Positions 23,248 through 37,000 of a DNA stretch of 64,000 nucleotides are shown piece after piece. A program made the position numbers and the translations under genes. This stretch comes from Macrostomum hystrix (taxonomy: Eukaryota; Animalia; Platyhelminthes): positions 2,976,001 through 3,040,000 of the forward strand of contig CATNEN010000005.1 of assembly GCA_950097015.1 (NCBI GenBank), read 5' to 3'. Every line of letters starts with the position of its first letter. Positions within the stretch are counted from its first letter, which is position 1. The notes beneath the pieces are model-generated. The model saw only the letters and a list, made by a program, of their open reading frames with translations. It had not been told where the DNA came from and made no database searches.

Positions 23248-26200
23248 CTAAAAGTCATCCTTATCTCCGCAACCATTTTCAGCGGCAGAAGATGCAGCCG
23301 GGTCGATAGCCGGGTCTGGCGGAGCGAAGCCCTCCTCCGTCTGGTAGAGAACATCCAGTATGGAAGTGACAGTAGAAGTCTCCTCAGCCTCCTGACAGAT
23401 GATTTCAACATTTCTCAGCTTGCCAAAGTAGAAATCTCGCTCCTTGATTAGATTGTCTACGGTGTTTTGAGCGTCTAGCAGTTGCAGAGATAGCTCGTCA
23501 AGTCTACGCCGCATGTCGATTAGCTGCTGCTGCTGAGTCAGGGACTGGTGAGTCTGGGTGCTCGGTTGGCGCTAGAATGGCATGAAAGTGGATGGACAGA
23601 GACTAAATATCCGTGAAAATAAACAAACAGATCAAGCGTCTTTCACTCCAAGAAGTTACTCACGCCAGCAGTGATGGCAGTGGTTGGCTTAGCCACGGAC
23701 TGAGTCTGCTTGCCAGGTCCGCTGAGAGTTGGCCGTTTCACAGCAGCCAATTTAGAGCCAGTGCCGGCCGGGTTTTGCCTCCCCACAGTCTGCTGGTGTA
23801 CACGGTTAGTCGCCGCTGACGAATACAATTGTGTGGTTGAAGAGGAGTGATTGCCGCCTACACTGGTCCCATTTCTAGCCGCAACCGGGTCGTACGAGGC
23901 GCCGGAATAGTTGGCATCGAAGAAGCGCTTGAACCATTGGACAAATTCGAAGTTGTCTTGGAAGCGCGCGTTGACCAGGCGTTCGATTGGCACCTCCTTT
24001 TTGGCGCGGCAGAGGGGATGGGCAAAAATAGTGGAGAGTGGATTAAAGGACAAGTGACTAGATGATTAGGGGATTAATGAACAGAGGATTAATGGGATTA
24101 GTCGAAGGAAAATTATAGGATGAGTGGAGAGATAAGTATGGCATCCATCAATAGAGAATTAAGGGATTAATGGAGAGAGGAATAGGGGATCATTGGAGAG
24201 AGAATAATCGGATTTGTAGAGAGAGAATTATGGGATTAGTAGAGAGAGCATTATGGGATTAGTGGAGAGAGGATTATGGGATTAGTGAAAAGAGGATTAT
24301 GGGATACGTAGAGACACAATTTTTGGATTAGTGGAGAGAGGATTATGGAATTAGTGAAGAGAGGATTATGGGATTAGTGAAAAGAGGATTATGTGATTAG
24401 TGAAGAGAGGATTATGTGATTAGTGGAAAGAGGATTTTGGGATTAGTGAAGAGAGGATTATGGGATTAGTGGAGACACGATTTTGGGATTAGTAGAGAGA
24501 GGATAATGGGATTAGTGGAGACAAGATTTTGGGATTAGTGGATTAGTGAAGAGAGGATTATGGGATTAGTGAAGAGAGGATTATGGGATTAGTGGAGAAA
24601 CGATTTTGGGATTAGTGAAGAGAGGATTATGGGATTAGTAGAAGAGGATTGGAGGATTAGTAGAGAGAGAATTATGGGATTCGTTGAGAGAGGATTATGG
24701 GATTAGTGAAAAGAGGATTAGAGGATTAGTAGAGAGAGAGAATTATGGGATTCGTTGAGAGAGGATTATGGGATTAGTGGAAAGAGGATTACGGGTGAGG
24801 ATGGGAAAGACAACAGGACAGTCGAAAAAAAGACTGAAAAAGACTGAAGAAAATATATTAAAGACAGACACGCAGACCAACACATTAGAAGACAGATAGA
24901 CAGACAGACTCAAAAGCACTTTACTCAAGCGCATAAGCATCACAAAAATATTTTTAAATTCTAGCCCCAGCGAACTTATTGAACCAAAACAAATTATAGG
25001 CCATGAATCAGAAGATTGACTTTCCATGACTAATTAAACTGAGGGGCAAATGATTGGTAATATAGCAGTCGAAATAGTCGAAAATAGAGAGAGAGATAAG
25101 CAGTAGAGCCGAGATAATCGTGTTATCAATTTTGTTATTAAATACTTCAAATACAGACGTAGAAAAAACTCACGGGCATATTAAAAGGCAGACTCAGAAA
25201 GACAGATGTTCTCACAAAAACAGCAACAGAAGCAGGATCTCAAAATAAGAAATTTCAATTCCATGAATCATTTCACCGAGACAAAAAATTCGTCTGCTTT
25301 TAATCAAACACACATACGGAGTTCTGAGTTTTATAAGAGAAAAACTTATTTTTCATGTCCCATATAGATATTGTTAGTGCATTATTAAAAATTCTCTCGT
25401 AGTGGTTTCAATAAAATAGCTTTTTTTAATCCGACTGAAAGGCCTGTTAATTCAAGGAATCGACGAACTACAAGGAATCGACAAACTACAAGGAATCGAC
25501 GAACTACAAGGAATCGACGAACTACAAGGAATCGAAGAACTACAAGGAATCGAATAACTACAAGGAATCGAAGAACTACAAGGAATAAACAAGCAACAAG
25601 GAACCGACGAACTACAAGGAATTGACGAACTACAAGGGATCGACGAGCTACAAGGAATCGAAGAACTACAAGGTATCGACAAGCAACAAGGAACCGACGA
25701 ACTACAAGAAACGACGAACTACAAGAATCGACGAGCTACAAGGAACTTCCTACAAGGAATCGACGAACTACAAGGAATCGACGAACTACAAGGAATCAAA
25801 GAACTACAAGGAATCGAAGAACTACAAGGAACCGACGAACTACAAGAATCGACGAGCTACAAGGAACTTCCTACAAGGGAGTTTTGATTGGGTGGCTCTA
25901 GTCGCGTGCTTAGGTTCAAGTTGTATTATAAGGTTTTTTTCCGTAAACGTTAGAAAAGTAGCAGCAATAATGAGACCTAGACAATATTCTCACCTTGTCA
26001 ACGCCGTGCTTTCTAAAGAGAGTCTGCAGCACCTTGAAGTTTCCAATGAATTCGTGCTCCAGGTTGGTGTTAAACTTCACACGTTTCATGTTGAGCGTGC
26101 CTGCATTTTTGATGTGAACATTTTTGTGTTAAAATACTAATTATTCTACTAGTGAGTAGCGTGAAAGGCAGGTAAGGAGTATATTGTTAACAAGAAACAC

Positions 26201-27307
26201 GAAAATCAAGTTGAGGTTAATGTTAGTTAAGATCTACTTGTTTTTTAGTTGGCAAAGTCAGGAAAACGAAACTCAAAAGCTTAAATATTGGATAGGTAAA
26301 AATTAATAGTGAGAAGGATTGGAGGCACATTCATTTTCAACCTGGACTCCATTCAATCAACATGCTTCACATATCATCGTAGACCAATAGATTGCTTAAC
26401 AGCAGAAACTAAATAAGCAAATATCTATATTCATGTCTCCTGGAAGCTATAGAGAAAGTGATACAGATACTGACGCTTAAAAAGAAACTTTTTTACGCTA
26501 GTGAACGGCGTGAGTAACTAAGATATAATTATGTATTTAGAAGAACTCGTCATCTTATTAGGCGAATTAGTAGTTAGAAACTGACATTTACCAGAAAGAT
26601 TTCAAGACAGAAATTTTTATATTTTTAGGCACACAGAAAAACAAAAATGATACGAGAATAAGCAAGCAGATGTGACTTTAAAGCTTTAATGAATTTCTCT
26701 ATAAGCGATAAATTACCTTATTAATCAGTTGCAATTGATAATTGCAATCTCGCAAAGGATACTGTGAATTGTGAAATAAGCAGTTAAAAAGCAATATAAA
26801 ATTTGATAAAAGTTAAATAATAAAATTTGAAAATTTGAGCCTTGGTCAACAATAGCCGAGCAACAAAGCAAGCAGCTGGACTATTGGCTGCACGAACATG
26901 GAAGGTTTCCGGCTTTTCTAAGAAGCAATAATTATTCGTGTTTATAATTCGAGCATTTGAAATGAAACAAAAAACTAAAAACTAAAATCATAAATATTTA
27001 TTCTTTTTTGCTTCTTTTCATTAGTTGAGAAGCTTTTCGATTACTTTTAGATTAAAAAATAAAAAAATTGTAATTATAATAAATCATGGCGCGAATTAAA
27101 ATACAAAAATCTTTAATTCGTTAATTAACACGCACCTGGAAATAAAACGTCCATTAGTTGACAGTAAACAGCGCCGGAAGCTAGATCTTCAATCTTGGCC
27201 AGATTAATCTGCAGGCACTCGTTGATCCAATTAAGAATCTCGTGCCTACTCAAATTATCAGTCATCTGAGATGTCGAGTGCACGTTGATTGCCTGCTGGG
27301 CCAACAT
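23248..27307 (-). CDS. MAPRE: Microtubule-associated protein RP/EB family (EB1-like), 4 exons, 311 aa
   Basis: Exons 27307-27136, 26100-25994, 23996-23664, 23571-23248 with consistent phases (1,0,0). CH domain [12 protein letters not shown]...[15 protein letters not shown]...[19 protein letters not shown] and EBH domain [20 protein letters not shown]...[12 protein letters not shown]. Confidence 0.96.
24160..24790. repeat. 23-bp minisatellite ATTATGGGATTAGTGAAGAGAGG in EB1 intron 2
   Basis: Tandem, moderately diverged units. Confidence 0.9.
25452..25878. repeat. 18-bp minisatellite GAACTACAAGGAATCGAC in EB1 intron 2
   Basis: Tandem units. Confidence 0.92.
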
Positions 27308-27404
27308 TTCGAAGCCTTGTCTCCTATCTTCGCTGAAAATGTTTAATTTAATTTATAAATTTTAAGTCTGAATTTACAAATTGCGCGTCGATTCCAAAGG
27401 CTGT

Positions 27405-27460
27405 CGATTTCAGCTGTTCAGTCCGTGGACTCTGGAGTCACGGCCACTCCCACCCAAATT
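27405..27460 (-). mobile_element. Fragment related to the 3' body of the CORE-SINE family
   Basis: Minus strand GGGTGGGAGTGGCCGTGACTCCAGAGTCCACGGACTGAACAGCTG resembles GGTGGGTGTGGCGTCCCCCCAGTCCGTGGACTGAACAGCTG at ~42967-43007. Confidence 0.55.
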
Positions 27461-27611
27461 TCGAAGCTCTAAAATTCTAGGCTACACGATGCAAATGCTT
27501 CGAGCTTTCGGGGCCTTGAGGGCTTGTGGGTCGTGCAATTTACGACGAGGCCGAGGGCCAAAGCCGTTGGCACAGGGAGTGTGTACAGTGACGAAAGCTG
27601 AGACACTGAAG

Positions 27612-28226
27612 AGATAATGCAGTGGAGAGATGAGGCAGTGGAGAGATGTTACAGGTGAGAGATGAGACGGGTGAGAGATGATCATGCAGTGGAGAGATGA
27701 GGCAGTGGAGAGATGAGACAGGGGAGAGATGAGACAGGGGAGAGATGAGACAGGGGAGAGATGAGACACGGGAGAGATGAGACAGGGGAGAGATGAGACA
27801 GGGGAGAGATGAGACAGGGGAGAGATGAGACAGGGGAGAGATGAGACAGGGGAGAGATGAGACAGGGGAGAGATGAGACAGGGGAGAGATGAGACACGGG
27901 AGAGATGAGACAGGGGAGAGATGAGACAGGGGAGAGATGAGGCAAGGGAGAAATGAGACAGGGGAGAGATGAGACAGGGGAGAGATGAGACAGGGGAGAG
28001 ATGAGACAGGGGAGAGATGAGACAGGGGAGAGATGAGACAGGGGAGAGATGAGACAGGGGAGAAATGAGACAGGGGAGAAATGAGACAGGGGAGAAATGA
28101 GACAGGGGAGAGATGAGACAGGGGAGAAATGAGATAGGGTGAATTAGATGTTGTAAGGGGCTAGGAACTGGATTTGGGAGCATAGATGGAAGCATCCAGC
28201 TCAAAGGCAGAGTTTACCGACCCAGG
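27612..28226 (-). mobile_element. Degenerate, one-ended copy of the hAT MITE with its 16-bp minisatellite (copy 3)
   Basis: GAGATGAGACAGGGGA array (27612-28140) followed by GGATTTGGGAGC...GAGTTTACCGACCCAG, matching the MITE end at 47347-47404. The other TIR is not found. Confidence 0.75.
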
Positions 28227-28796
28227 CTTAAAATTAGTTTTAACTAGAAACTGCTGTAAAACGAAACGATGCTATATGTGCTATATGGCATGGTAAAACC
28301 CCTTACCAAGGCAGAAAATGTTTTCGACAATGTAACAGACGGAAAACTGCAGACATTTAGCTTGACAAGCCACACTTCATCGAGTTTCTATTTATTGTGG
28401 GAAAATCGCGTGCAGCTCGTATTCTCCGTGCAAGTCTAGCGTTATTCATACCTATGCAGGCCAAACTATCATGGGCTGTAGGTTCGAACAAAAATGAGTC
28501 ACAAAAACGTTTGCTTGCTTACAATCACTTTTAGGTACACAATATATAGGGTAGAGTTAGAACTGATATGCAGCAAAAAGAACAAGGTTTGTTTAACTTT
28601 GACTGCAAACACTTTACCTAGTATTAAAATGTCAATCAGCATCGTAAAGGTCTTAATTCAGCAATTCTTGTGGAACACCCTGGCGACAATGACAACTAAC
28701 ACCGCTCTGCGTATAATCCTCTATCGGGAATGAACAATATAAGCAATTCAATATAGTCAACAATAATTAGAGTCTCGCTTAAGTTCACAACTTTTT

Positions 28797-28873
28797 TCCA
28801 GTGGATTCAAGAATCGAACCCCCGACCTTCAGGTCGTGAGTCCGACTCCTTAAACACTCGGGCTAAAATCCCT
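28797..28873 (-). mobile_element. Isolated tRNA-like head of the SINE family at 42795
   Basis: Minus strand ...GTCGGACTCACGACCTGAAGGTCGGGGGTTCGATTCTTGAATCCACTGGAA closely matches 42814-42875. A- and B-box-like motifs present; stems imperfect. Confidence 0.75.
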
Positions 28874-29861
28874 TAGGTGAATTGAAGCACTGGGTAACGA
28901 GGTGTTTTGTTCAAAAGGACAAAAATTACTTCCGATAATCTGAGATTTGAGCCCTGATCTCTTGAAGTCAAATTTTTTTTGGCAAAAGCAGAGAGCAGCA
29001 AAAGCAGAACAAGAATCTGACCTGGCGCACTGCAGCATAGCACAGCCCTGGGTGGGACCCTTCTTGTACACCAGCTGTGTACTGCCGCCATCGTCATCAA
29101 ACAGAAGCCAAAGTGTGGACATTCCAATCGGGGCCGGATATTTACTTGAAGGAGAAGCAATCTACGACCACTAATGAACCGCCTCGAGACTAAAGAAAAG
29201 ACTATTTGTGAACTCAGCGGTTCAAGAGCTTTCGTAGCTGCATGCTGAGCAGATCTTATTTCCTCCTCTGCTTGTCTATCCCACCCCCCATTTCTCTTTG
29301 TGGGGGGTTCATTCCCTTTATTAGTTCTAAGCACATAGCAGAATTGTATCGATTCTAATTCTACTTCCAGAAGACAAGAAAACAAGAAGACAAGGCAGAG
29401 CACAATAGCATCTGCTCAGCACTACTCAAACTGTTCTGGTGGATAGGGGCTAGAGACAGAGATCAAAAGCATTCAAGGACTGGTCACGTGACTTTAAACT
29501 TATCCCGAATTCTAAAGAAAACGCAATGACTCATTTATGGCTGTCTCCGAAAAAGATGACTACTAGTTAGATTTTTACTAGAATTTTAGACTCAAATCAA
29601 AGTTAGACTCTAAACTTATCTAATCATGACACTTAAGATTGGCATTGTAAACTAGAAAAAATGCTTACGCTAGTTTTTTTAAAGAATATCTAAGCACAAC
29701 AACTAGAAGCTTTCCAAGCAAAGAAATTCGATAAGCCAACAAGCCAATAAAGTGGATACTTAAAGTACATTCGTTTCTTTTAAACAGAAAGCAAGCCAAG
29801 TATAGAAACTAGGGGTACTGTCGGCATGCGACCGTAACAGTATAATTCTTTTTTTTAATCT

Positions 29862-30125
29862 CTGAGACAAGGGAGAGATGAGACAAGTGAGAGATGAGAC
29901 ATGGGAGATAGGAGACACAAGAGATGAATCAGGGGAGAGATGAGACACGAGAGATGAGACAGGGGAGAGATGAGACATGGAAGATAGGAGACATCGGAGA
30001 GATGAGACATGGGAGAGATGAGACACGAGAGATGAATCAGGGGAGAGATGAGACAGGGGAGAGATGAGATATAGAAGAGATTAGACATGGGATTGATTAG
30101 ATGCAAGAGTGATGAGACATGGGAC
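29862..30125. repeat. Diverged array of the 16-bp GAGATGAGACAGGGGA satellite, no TIRs recognised
   Basis: Same unit as inside the hAT MITE. Confidence 0.85.
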
Positions 30126-31029
30126 ATGGGGCATGTCTCATCTAGAAAACCTCATCTATTTGTAGTTAAAATACAGATGTATTAGAGATAAAATAGAGAT
30201 AAGGAAGAAGAGAGTTTAGACACAAGAGCTGTCTTGCTCAGTCATGACAATGCTACTCGCCTACTGTGGCAGAGAAGTCAATAACCAAAAATCAGCTAGG
30301 CGGGGACGCCATAATAATATTTACTGAAAATGCTATTGAGTGCAAAAGTAAAACTTATTGAAAAAATGTGGACCAAAAAAACAAAGCTACTTAAAAAGGC
30401 AAACAGCTAAAAGACAAAATGTTACAAAAGTAAAAATTAATAATTGGTATATATAACTTTCAATTACAGTTATTTAAAGTCTACTTCAGCAACAATATTA
30501 GCTTGCTAATTCATTACAATTTTACAATAGTATTCAGTAGGGACTTCTTGATGCAGAAACAAAAAATATCTATGGTTTTTCAAACAAAACAACCTAAAAC
30601 TTTAGATACTGCCTCCATATGAGTTAGATAAAAAGGTAAATTACAATTGTAAACTACTGTCAGCTTGTGAAATATAACTCTATCCTAAGAGAAACTGGAT
30701 TTCTTTTTAAACATAAAATACTAAAAACAAACAATTGTAGAAAAAATGTAGGAACCTAATAATATTAGGAGCTTGAGTGTAAAATTATTGTCTAAAAAAT
30801 TAAAGTGCAAGATGTACATTTTAAGCCTATAAATAATTTATATCAATAAGCTAGCTACTGTAGGTTTAGATCTGAAAGCCATAAAAATACAAAGTATTAC
30901 TTTTTTGGATAAAGAAACTTGATCTAGTGGCACTAGGTTTTAACTTGCTTAAAACTGCAGTATTATATTTTGATTTAGCACAGTAAAAAATTATGACAAC
31001 ATCACTTTTGTAAAATTGTAACTACTTTA

Positions 31030-31620
31030 TTTAGGGGGCAAGTGGGTTAGCAGCTAGTAGTGCTGCCTTGCACTCAAATGGATGCTAGTTTGATTATCCC
31101 TTCAAGTCACAATTAATTTCGGGACTTGTTGGAGGGTTTGGACAGTAGGCCTAGCAACTGGCAGAGGTGCACCATATTTCGTGCAATCAAAGCTTGAAAT
31201 AATAGATTCGCTCCTACCTTTCTGTGTGCCTGTTCTGCATTGTGTAAGTTGGGTGCATTGGTGCTGGGGCATGAGGTCTTGTGGGGTGGTGGCTGGGGGG
31301 CAGGTGTACATTGCCTTGCTGTCTAGATTTCTGTCAGCACAATTGGATAAGTGTACACTCATCACCTGGCCCCTCCCCTGAGGACTTATTTCATACCACG
31401 GGCCACGGCTTGGTCTGCTCTGTGCATTTGGGGCTGGGGTGGGGGCACAGCTGCCTTTTCTGGGTGCCTCCTGCCCTCCCTGGCTGGTCTGTGCTGCTGT
31501 GTGTGGTGCCTGCTCAGGGGAGGCAGCACGATGGGCGCTAAGCACCTAGTTTGCCAGTCTGGGGGCATGCCCCTCCATCGCTTGTGCAACAAGTGCCCTG
31601 GCCCCCCTGCAAATAGATAG
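31030..31620. mobile_element. GC-rich probable SINE/retroposon relic
   Basis: GC-rich island in AT-rich spacer, starting with a degenerate tRNA-like head (GGGGCAAGTGGGTTAGCAGC...TAGTTTGATT). Shares CCACGGGCCACGGC with ~20723-20736. Confidence 0.3.
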
Positions 31621-33071
31621 AGAACTACTTTATTTGTATAACTTGGTATTAACTTCTTGTACAAAATAGGGGTTTTTGTTAAAAAGCACATATTAAATAT
31701 AATAATTATTATTATTGAGAACTCAAATAAATAAATTATGTACTAATATTGTACCCTAGACTGGAAATAGCATATAAATAGAGCTTGGTATATTTACATT
31801 ACATTTAATTTAAATTTTTGCAACAAATATACAAAAAGTAAAACAAGTCTAAAGAAGAACGTTTCTTTAAAAAATAATTATGCCAAGTAAATTGTGTCTG
31901 GCACCTACTAAAGAAGTGCTAAAAATTGTAATCTGGACTTTGTCTTTCAAATACCTACGATTTATCTTAAGCCACTTTGAGGCCTAAGGACATTACCATA
32001 AACAGTTACAAATATGTACAGTACAGTTTCTGCTACTTTTTAACTATCTGGAACTTTTAGTAGAAACTAAGAATAGTAGTTTTATAAAGGATAGTTAAAA
32101 TCTAAAGCAGTTTGACAACAATTTTTTATGAGAAATTAAATATTATTGAAGATGAATTCGCTAACTAACTAACTTAACACGAGTACATTCTCGAAATTCT
32201 TATTATTCATTTTCTTAGAAAATTGCAAACTGTTATTTCGCGTCGATCGGCAGTAAAGCAAACGTAATTAGTGAGACAACTTAAGATACCTGCTGGATTT
32301 TCTTTAAGTTATGCTCTTATTGCAAAATATTATAGTGCGTTTCTTTAGTTACAGCAAACTTTAAAAAAACTCAAGTTTACAGATACCGATGTTAAACGCT
32401 GTACATTTAACGTAATTATTGGGTCCCCTGCAAAATACATATACGTTATCCTTCACATTCATTAGCAGTAATTTCTATCTATGAACATTGCCTCCAAATC
32501 AAGAATTTATTACCGCGCGATGTTTTAGTACCACCAGTGCCACTTAGTACTAAGCGCTAACAAAAAATTAGTAATTAACATAAAAGACTCATTTTTTCAC
32601 ATTTAATTACAAGTATTGAAATTTCGCCGCACATGTTAGTGATGAAAAATAGCATTCCAAGTAATGTATATTTGCACTAGTTTTTTACAAAGAAAATGTA
32701 TATTTTTCATGCTCTCGAAAATCTTAGCAACTATCATACATGCCAGTCACTGCGTTTTGTTGTTACATTAAAACTGAATGGAAGAAAGCGATAGAAAATT
32801 GTGGAACAATAGGATAGAGCATTTTAGAATAAGTATTAATATTACGCACGTGGCAACAATAATTGTTCCGAGAAAAACTATTACGAAAGAGTCTGCACAA
32901 GAAACACGAGATGCACATACATAGTAATTTACAATGGAGTCCAAATCAAATCTGTTAATAAATATTTGACGAGTAAGAAATCTCAGATTGGTAAATGAGT
33001 CATCGGAATAACCTTAGTACGCATTAGTTGACAGAAAACGTGATAAAAACGATGCGAAGAATAACAAAAAA

Positions 33072-33356
33072 TCAGCCGCTAACGTTGCTCTTTTTCACAA
33101 CGTAGATCTTGTCCTGCTGAGAGGTGATGACGTAATGAAAGCCGTCGTCGCAGTGCACAGTTACAGATTGAAAACAGCCGGCGCTGCCGCACTGCTGTAG
33201 CAGGTATTCGGCCCGGTATAACAGGCTGAGCACCAATTTAGCCAGATCCTCTCGATTGTTTAACTGGCCCTGACTCTGCAGCACGTTTCCGTCTGGGCCG
33301 CAGATAAGGGCGCCGACACAGTTCGGCACGCGATCGAATATCGATTGGCTGGCCAT
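33072..33356 (-). CDS. LAMTOR4: Ragulator complex subunit LAMTOR4, single coding exon, 94 aa
   Basis: MASQSIFDRVPNCVGALICGPDGNVLQSQGQLNN...FQSVTVHCDDGFHYVITSQQDKIYVVKK parallels LAMTOR4 (ERIPDQLGYLV...GAVLASSGDLEND...FKRLSV...VFVVKR) in length and pattern. The upstream ORF extension lies before an acceptor at 33382-33381. Confidence 0.85.
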   Translation of the reverse strand: MASQSIFDRVPNCVGALICGPDGNVLQSQGQLNNREDLAKLVLSLLYRAEYLLQQCGSAGCFQSVTVHCDDGFHYVITSQQDKIYVVKKSNVSG

Positions 33357-33440
33357 ACCTGATTGTCTAAGGACTGTAGGCTGCAAATAGAACAATAATT
33401 CTCGATGAAAAAATAATATTAAAAATAAATACACAGGGGT

Positions 33441-33712
33441 AGTGACCAATCAGAAGAAGGGAAAGCGGTTGTGGGCACTTAAGAGTAAAATATGAGTAGC
33501 TGATTAGAAGATGGCGTGAGGTAGTAGGCAGTCAATAATTGATAAGGGTTAGTGAGTCGTGACCAATCAGAAGTGGGGAAGGGGTTGTGGGCATTCTAAA
33601 GTAAAAAAGGAGTAACCAATTAGAAGACGGCGTGGGGTAGTAGCCTAAGAATGTATTGTAAGGGGAAGTGGCCTAGCAAAATACGAACTGAGGCAGTAGC
33701 CAATCAGAAGAG
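33441..33712. promoter_or_regulatory. Duplicated CCAAT/YY1-like promoter module upstream of LAMTOR4
   Basis: CCAAT at 33446, 33563, 33616 and 33700; AAGATGGCG near 33508 and AAGACGGCG near 33623; ~117-bp tandem duplication. Confidence 0.55.
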
Positions 33713-34029
33713 GGGATAGGACAGAAGAGAATAGAAGTATTTTGAAATGACTATTTAAAGACAAAGAATATGTACTAAAAAAATAACTACATGACTGGGT
33801 TTTATGTCAAATTTTTATTTTATTTTATTTAAATGATATTTTAAAAGTGCACTATAATACAAGTATTGTATTAATACATTCAGGAAGATTGTAAATCAAC
33901 AAACAAGCTTTGTTATTACGAGTTGTATAGGGGTGAAATAAAAAATGCATTTTAAAATCCAAATAAAATAAAATTAAGACATAATACGAGTATTATATCA
34001 GGATTAACATCATGGTCTCTTTGCTGCTA

Positions 34030-37000
34030 CTACTCTTTCATCTCATCCGCGGATGCCGCAGACTGCAACAATTGCTGCTTAAACCGGCGCCATTCTCGCA
34101 GATCATCAACATCGTCCTCGTCCTCAGCAGCTTCATCGTCGGCATTGTCATCGCTATCATCGACAGTTTCTAAGTCAGATTTGGCAGCGAATCGAACTGC
34201 GCCCAAGCGACTGGCAAGCGTACCGACATGATCGTCATAGGGATCGACATCATCGACATCGTCGTCGTCGTTGTTATTTGACGACTTGGCGTCATCGCTG
34301 TCATCCTCGCTAGGCGTGTCTGGATAATCGTTGCGCCAGTTGGATTCGCTGTTTGAGTCAGATGACGAGTCGGCGTGTCGCCTGATAGCGAATCTGCCAC
34401 CGCCGGCCGCTTCAACAAAGTCAGAATCGTCGCCATAGACGTAGGACTCTTCGTAGGCTTGCAGTAGGAATTGCAGATCCTGCTGCTGCTGATGACCTAC
34501 ATCACCTTGGTCAATATTGTTGTCACCTGCGGTGATGATTCAATGAAGGATAAAATACACATTCTGAGGGATCTAAGACTGTAGCCTGTAGGAGCTCAAC
34601 ATGGCGAACTGATAGGATTAGCAGCTCAAGGGGATCAGAGAGGATTATGAACTACCCTGGGGATCAGAGGATCATGATCTTAACCTGAGGATCAGAGATT
34701 ATGATTTTACCTGGGGATCAGAGAGGATTATGATCTTAACCTGGGGATCAGAGAGGATTATGAGCTTAACTTGAGGATCAGAGAGGATTATGAGCTTGAC
34801 CTGAGGATCAGAGAGAATTACGATCTTTACCTGGGGATCAGAGAGGATTATGATTTTTAACCTGGGGATCAGAGAGGATTATGAGCTTAACTTGAGGATC
34901 AGAGAGGATTATGAGCTTAACCTGAGGATCAGAGAGAATTACGATCTTTACCTGGGGATCAGAGAGGATTATGATTTTTAACCTGGGGATCAGAGAGGAT
35001 TATGATTTTTAACCTGGGGATCAGAGAGGATTATGAGCTTAACCTGGGGATCAGAGAGGATAATGAGCTCAACACGGGGATCTGATACGATTAGCAGCTA
35101 GAGAAGGGGATTAGCAGCTCAACCTGGGGTGGATTAGGAGCTGGCTTAACCGAACAGTCACACAACCCGTGAAACTGACCAATGCAGTTGTCGCTGTATC
35201 CGTAGTACACATCGTAATAAACATCGCCATCGCCATCGTCGGCATCAGCATTGGTCGTCATAGCAACGCCATTACAGGCGATTTTCTGTGCATCTTTTTC
35301 GTCAATTTTGTCAAACTCTCGTCGCTTAGCGCCGGCAAGTTCAAAGTCAACGATACGAAATTGACGATTGCTTGCGCTACTAGAAGCTGTAGCACGTGGG
35401 CTTGCACTTTCAACAGGCTCCACTGGCTTGGGTGACGCGAATACTACCTGCAATTTTTATGTCAGATAATATTGTACGTTTCTTTATACTTTATAATGAT
35501 GATCATACATAGACACGATGTAGATTGTTCAATAAAATATATAATTAACATGATACAATCCCCTGATTGTTCAGCTGATTGACAGGCCAATATCCCCTCA
35601 TTGTTCAGCTGATTGACAGGCCATTATCCCCTGATTTTTCAACTGATTGACAGGCCACTATCCCCTGATTGTTCAGTTGATTGACACGCCACTATCCCCT
35701 GATTGTTCAGCTGATTGACAGGCTACTATCCCCTGATTGTTCAGCTGATTGACAGGCCACTATCCCCTGATTGTTCAGCTGATTGACAGGCCACTATCCC
35801 CTGATTGTTCAGCTGATTGACAGGCCACTATCCCCTGATTGTTCAGCTGATTGACAGACCAATATCCCCTGATTGTTCAGCTGATTGACAGGCCACTATC
35901 CCCTGATTGTTCAGCTGATTGACAGGCCACTATCCCCTGATTGTTCAGCTGATTGACAGGCCACTATCCCCTGATTGTTCAGCTGATTGACAGGCCAGTA
36001 TCACCTGATTGTTCAGCTGATTGACAGGCCATTATCCCCTGATTGTTCAGCTGATTGACAGGCCATTATCCCCTGATTGTTCAACTGATTGACAGGCCAC
36101 TATCCCCTGATTGTTCAGCTGATTGACAGGCCACTATCCCCTGATTGTTCAGCTGATTGACAGGCCACTATCCCCTGATTGTTCAGCTGATTGACAGGCC
36201 ACTATCCCCTGATTGTTCAGCTGATTGACAGGCCAGTATCACCTGATTGTTCAGCTGATTGACAGGCCATTATCCCCTGATTGTTCAGCTGATTGACAGG
36301 CCATTATCCCCTGATTGTTCAACTGATTGACAGGCCACTATCCCCTGATTGTTCAGCTGATTGACAGGCCACTATCCCCTGATTGTTCAGCTGATTGACA
36401 GGCCATTATCCCCTGATTTTTCAACTGATTGACAGGCCACTATCCCCTGATTGTTCAGCTGATTGACAGGCCACTATCCCCTGATTGTTCAGCTGATTGA
36501 CAGGCCATTATCCCCTGATTTTTCAACTGATTGACAGGCCACTATCCCCTGATTGTTCAGCTGATTGACAGGCCACTATCCCCTGATTGTTCAGTTGATT
36601 GACAGGCCACTATCCCCTGATTGTTCAGCTGATTGACAGGCTACTATCCCCTGATTGTTCAGCTGATTGACAGGCCACTATCCCCTGATTGTTCAGTTGA
36701 TTGACAGGCCACTATCCCCTGATGGTTCAACTGATTGACAGGCCACTAACCCCCGGTTTCTTCAGCTGATTGATAGGCCACTATCCCCTGATTGTTCAGC
36801 TGATTGACAGGCCACTATCCCCTGATTGTTCAGCTGATTGACAGGCCACTATCCCCTGATTGTTCAGCTGATTGACAGGCCACTATCCCCTGATTGTTCA
36901 GCTGATTGACAGGCCACTATCCCCTGATTGTTCAGTTGATTGATAGGCCATTTTACACAGATGCTACAGACTGACTGACAGGTAACAATCGCTCACCTGT

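Noticed and set aside
28850-31691. Overlapping ORFs at 28850-29403 and 31102-31691
   Set aside because: No recognisable domain or consistent splice pattern; probably decayed repeats.
35124-35124. CCCCAG|GTTGAG as the coding donor of SLC7A6OS exon 2
   Set aside because: It is phase 0, whereas the best exon 3 acceptor needs phase 1, which is satisfied by G|GTCAGT at 35180.
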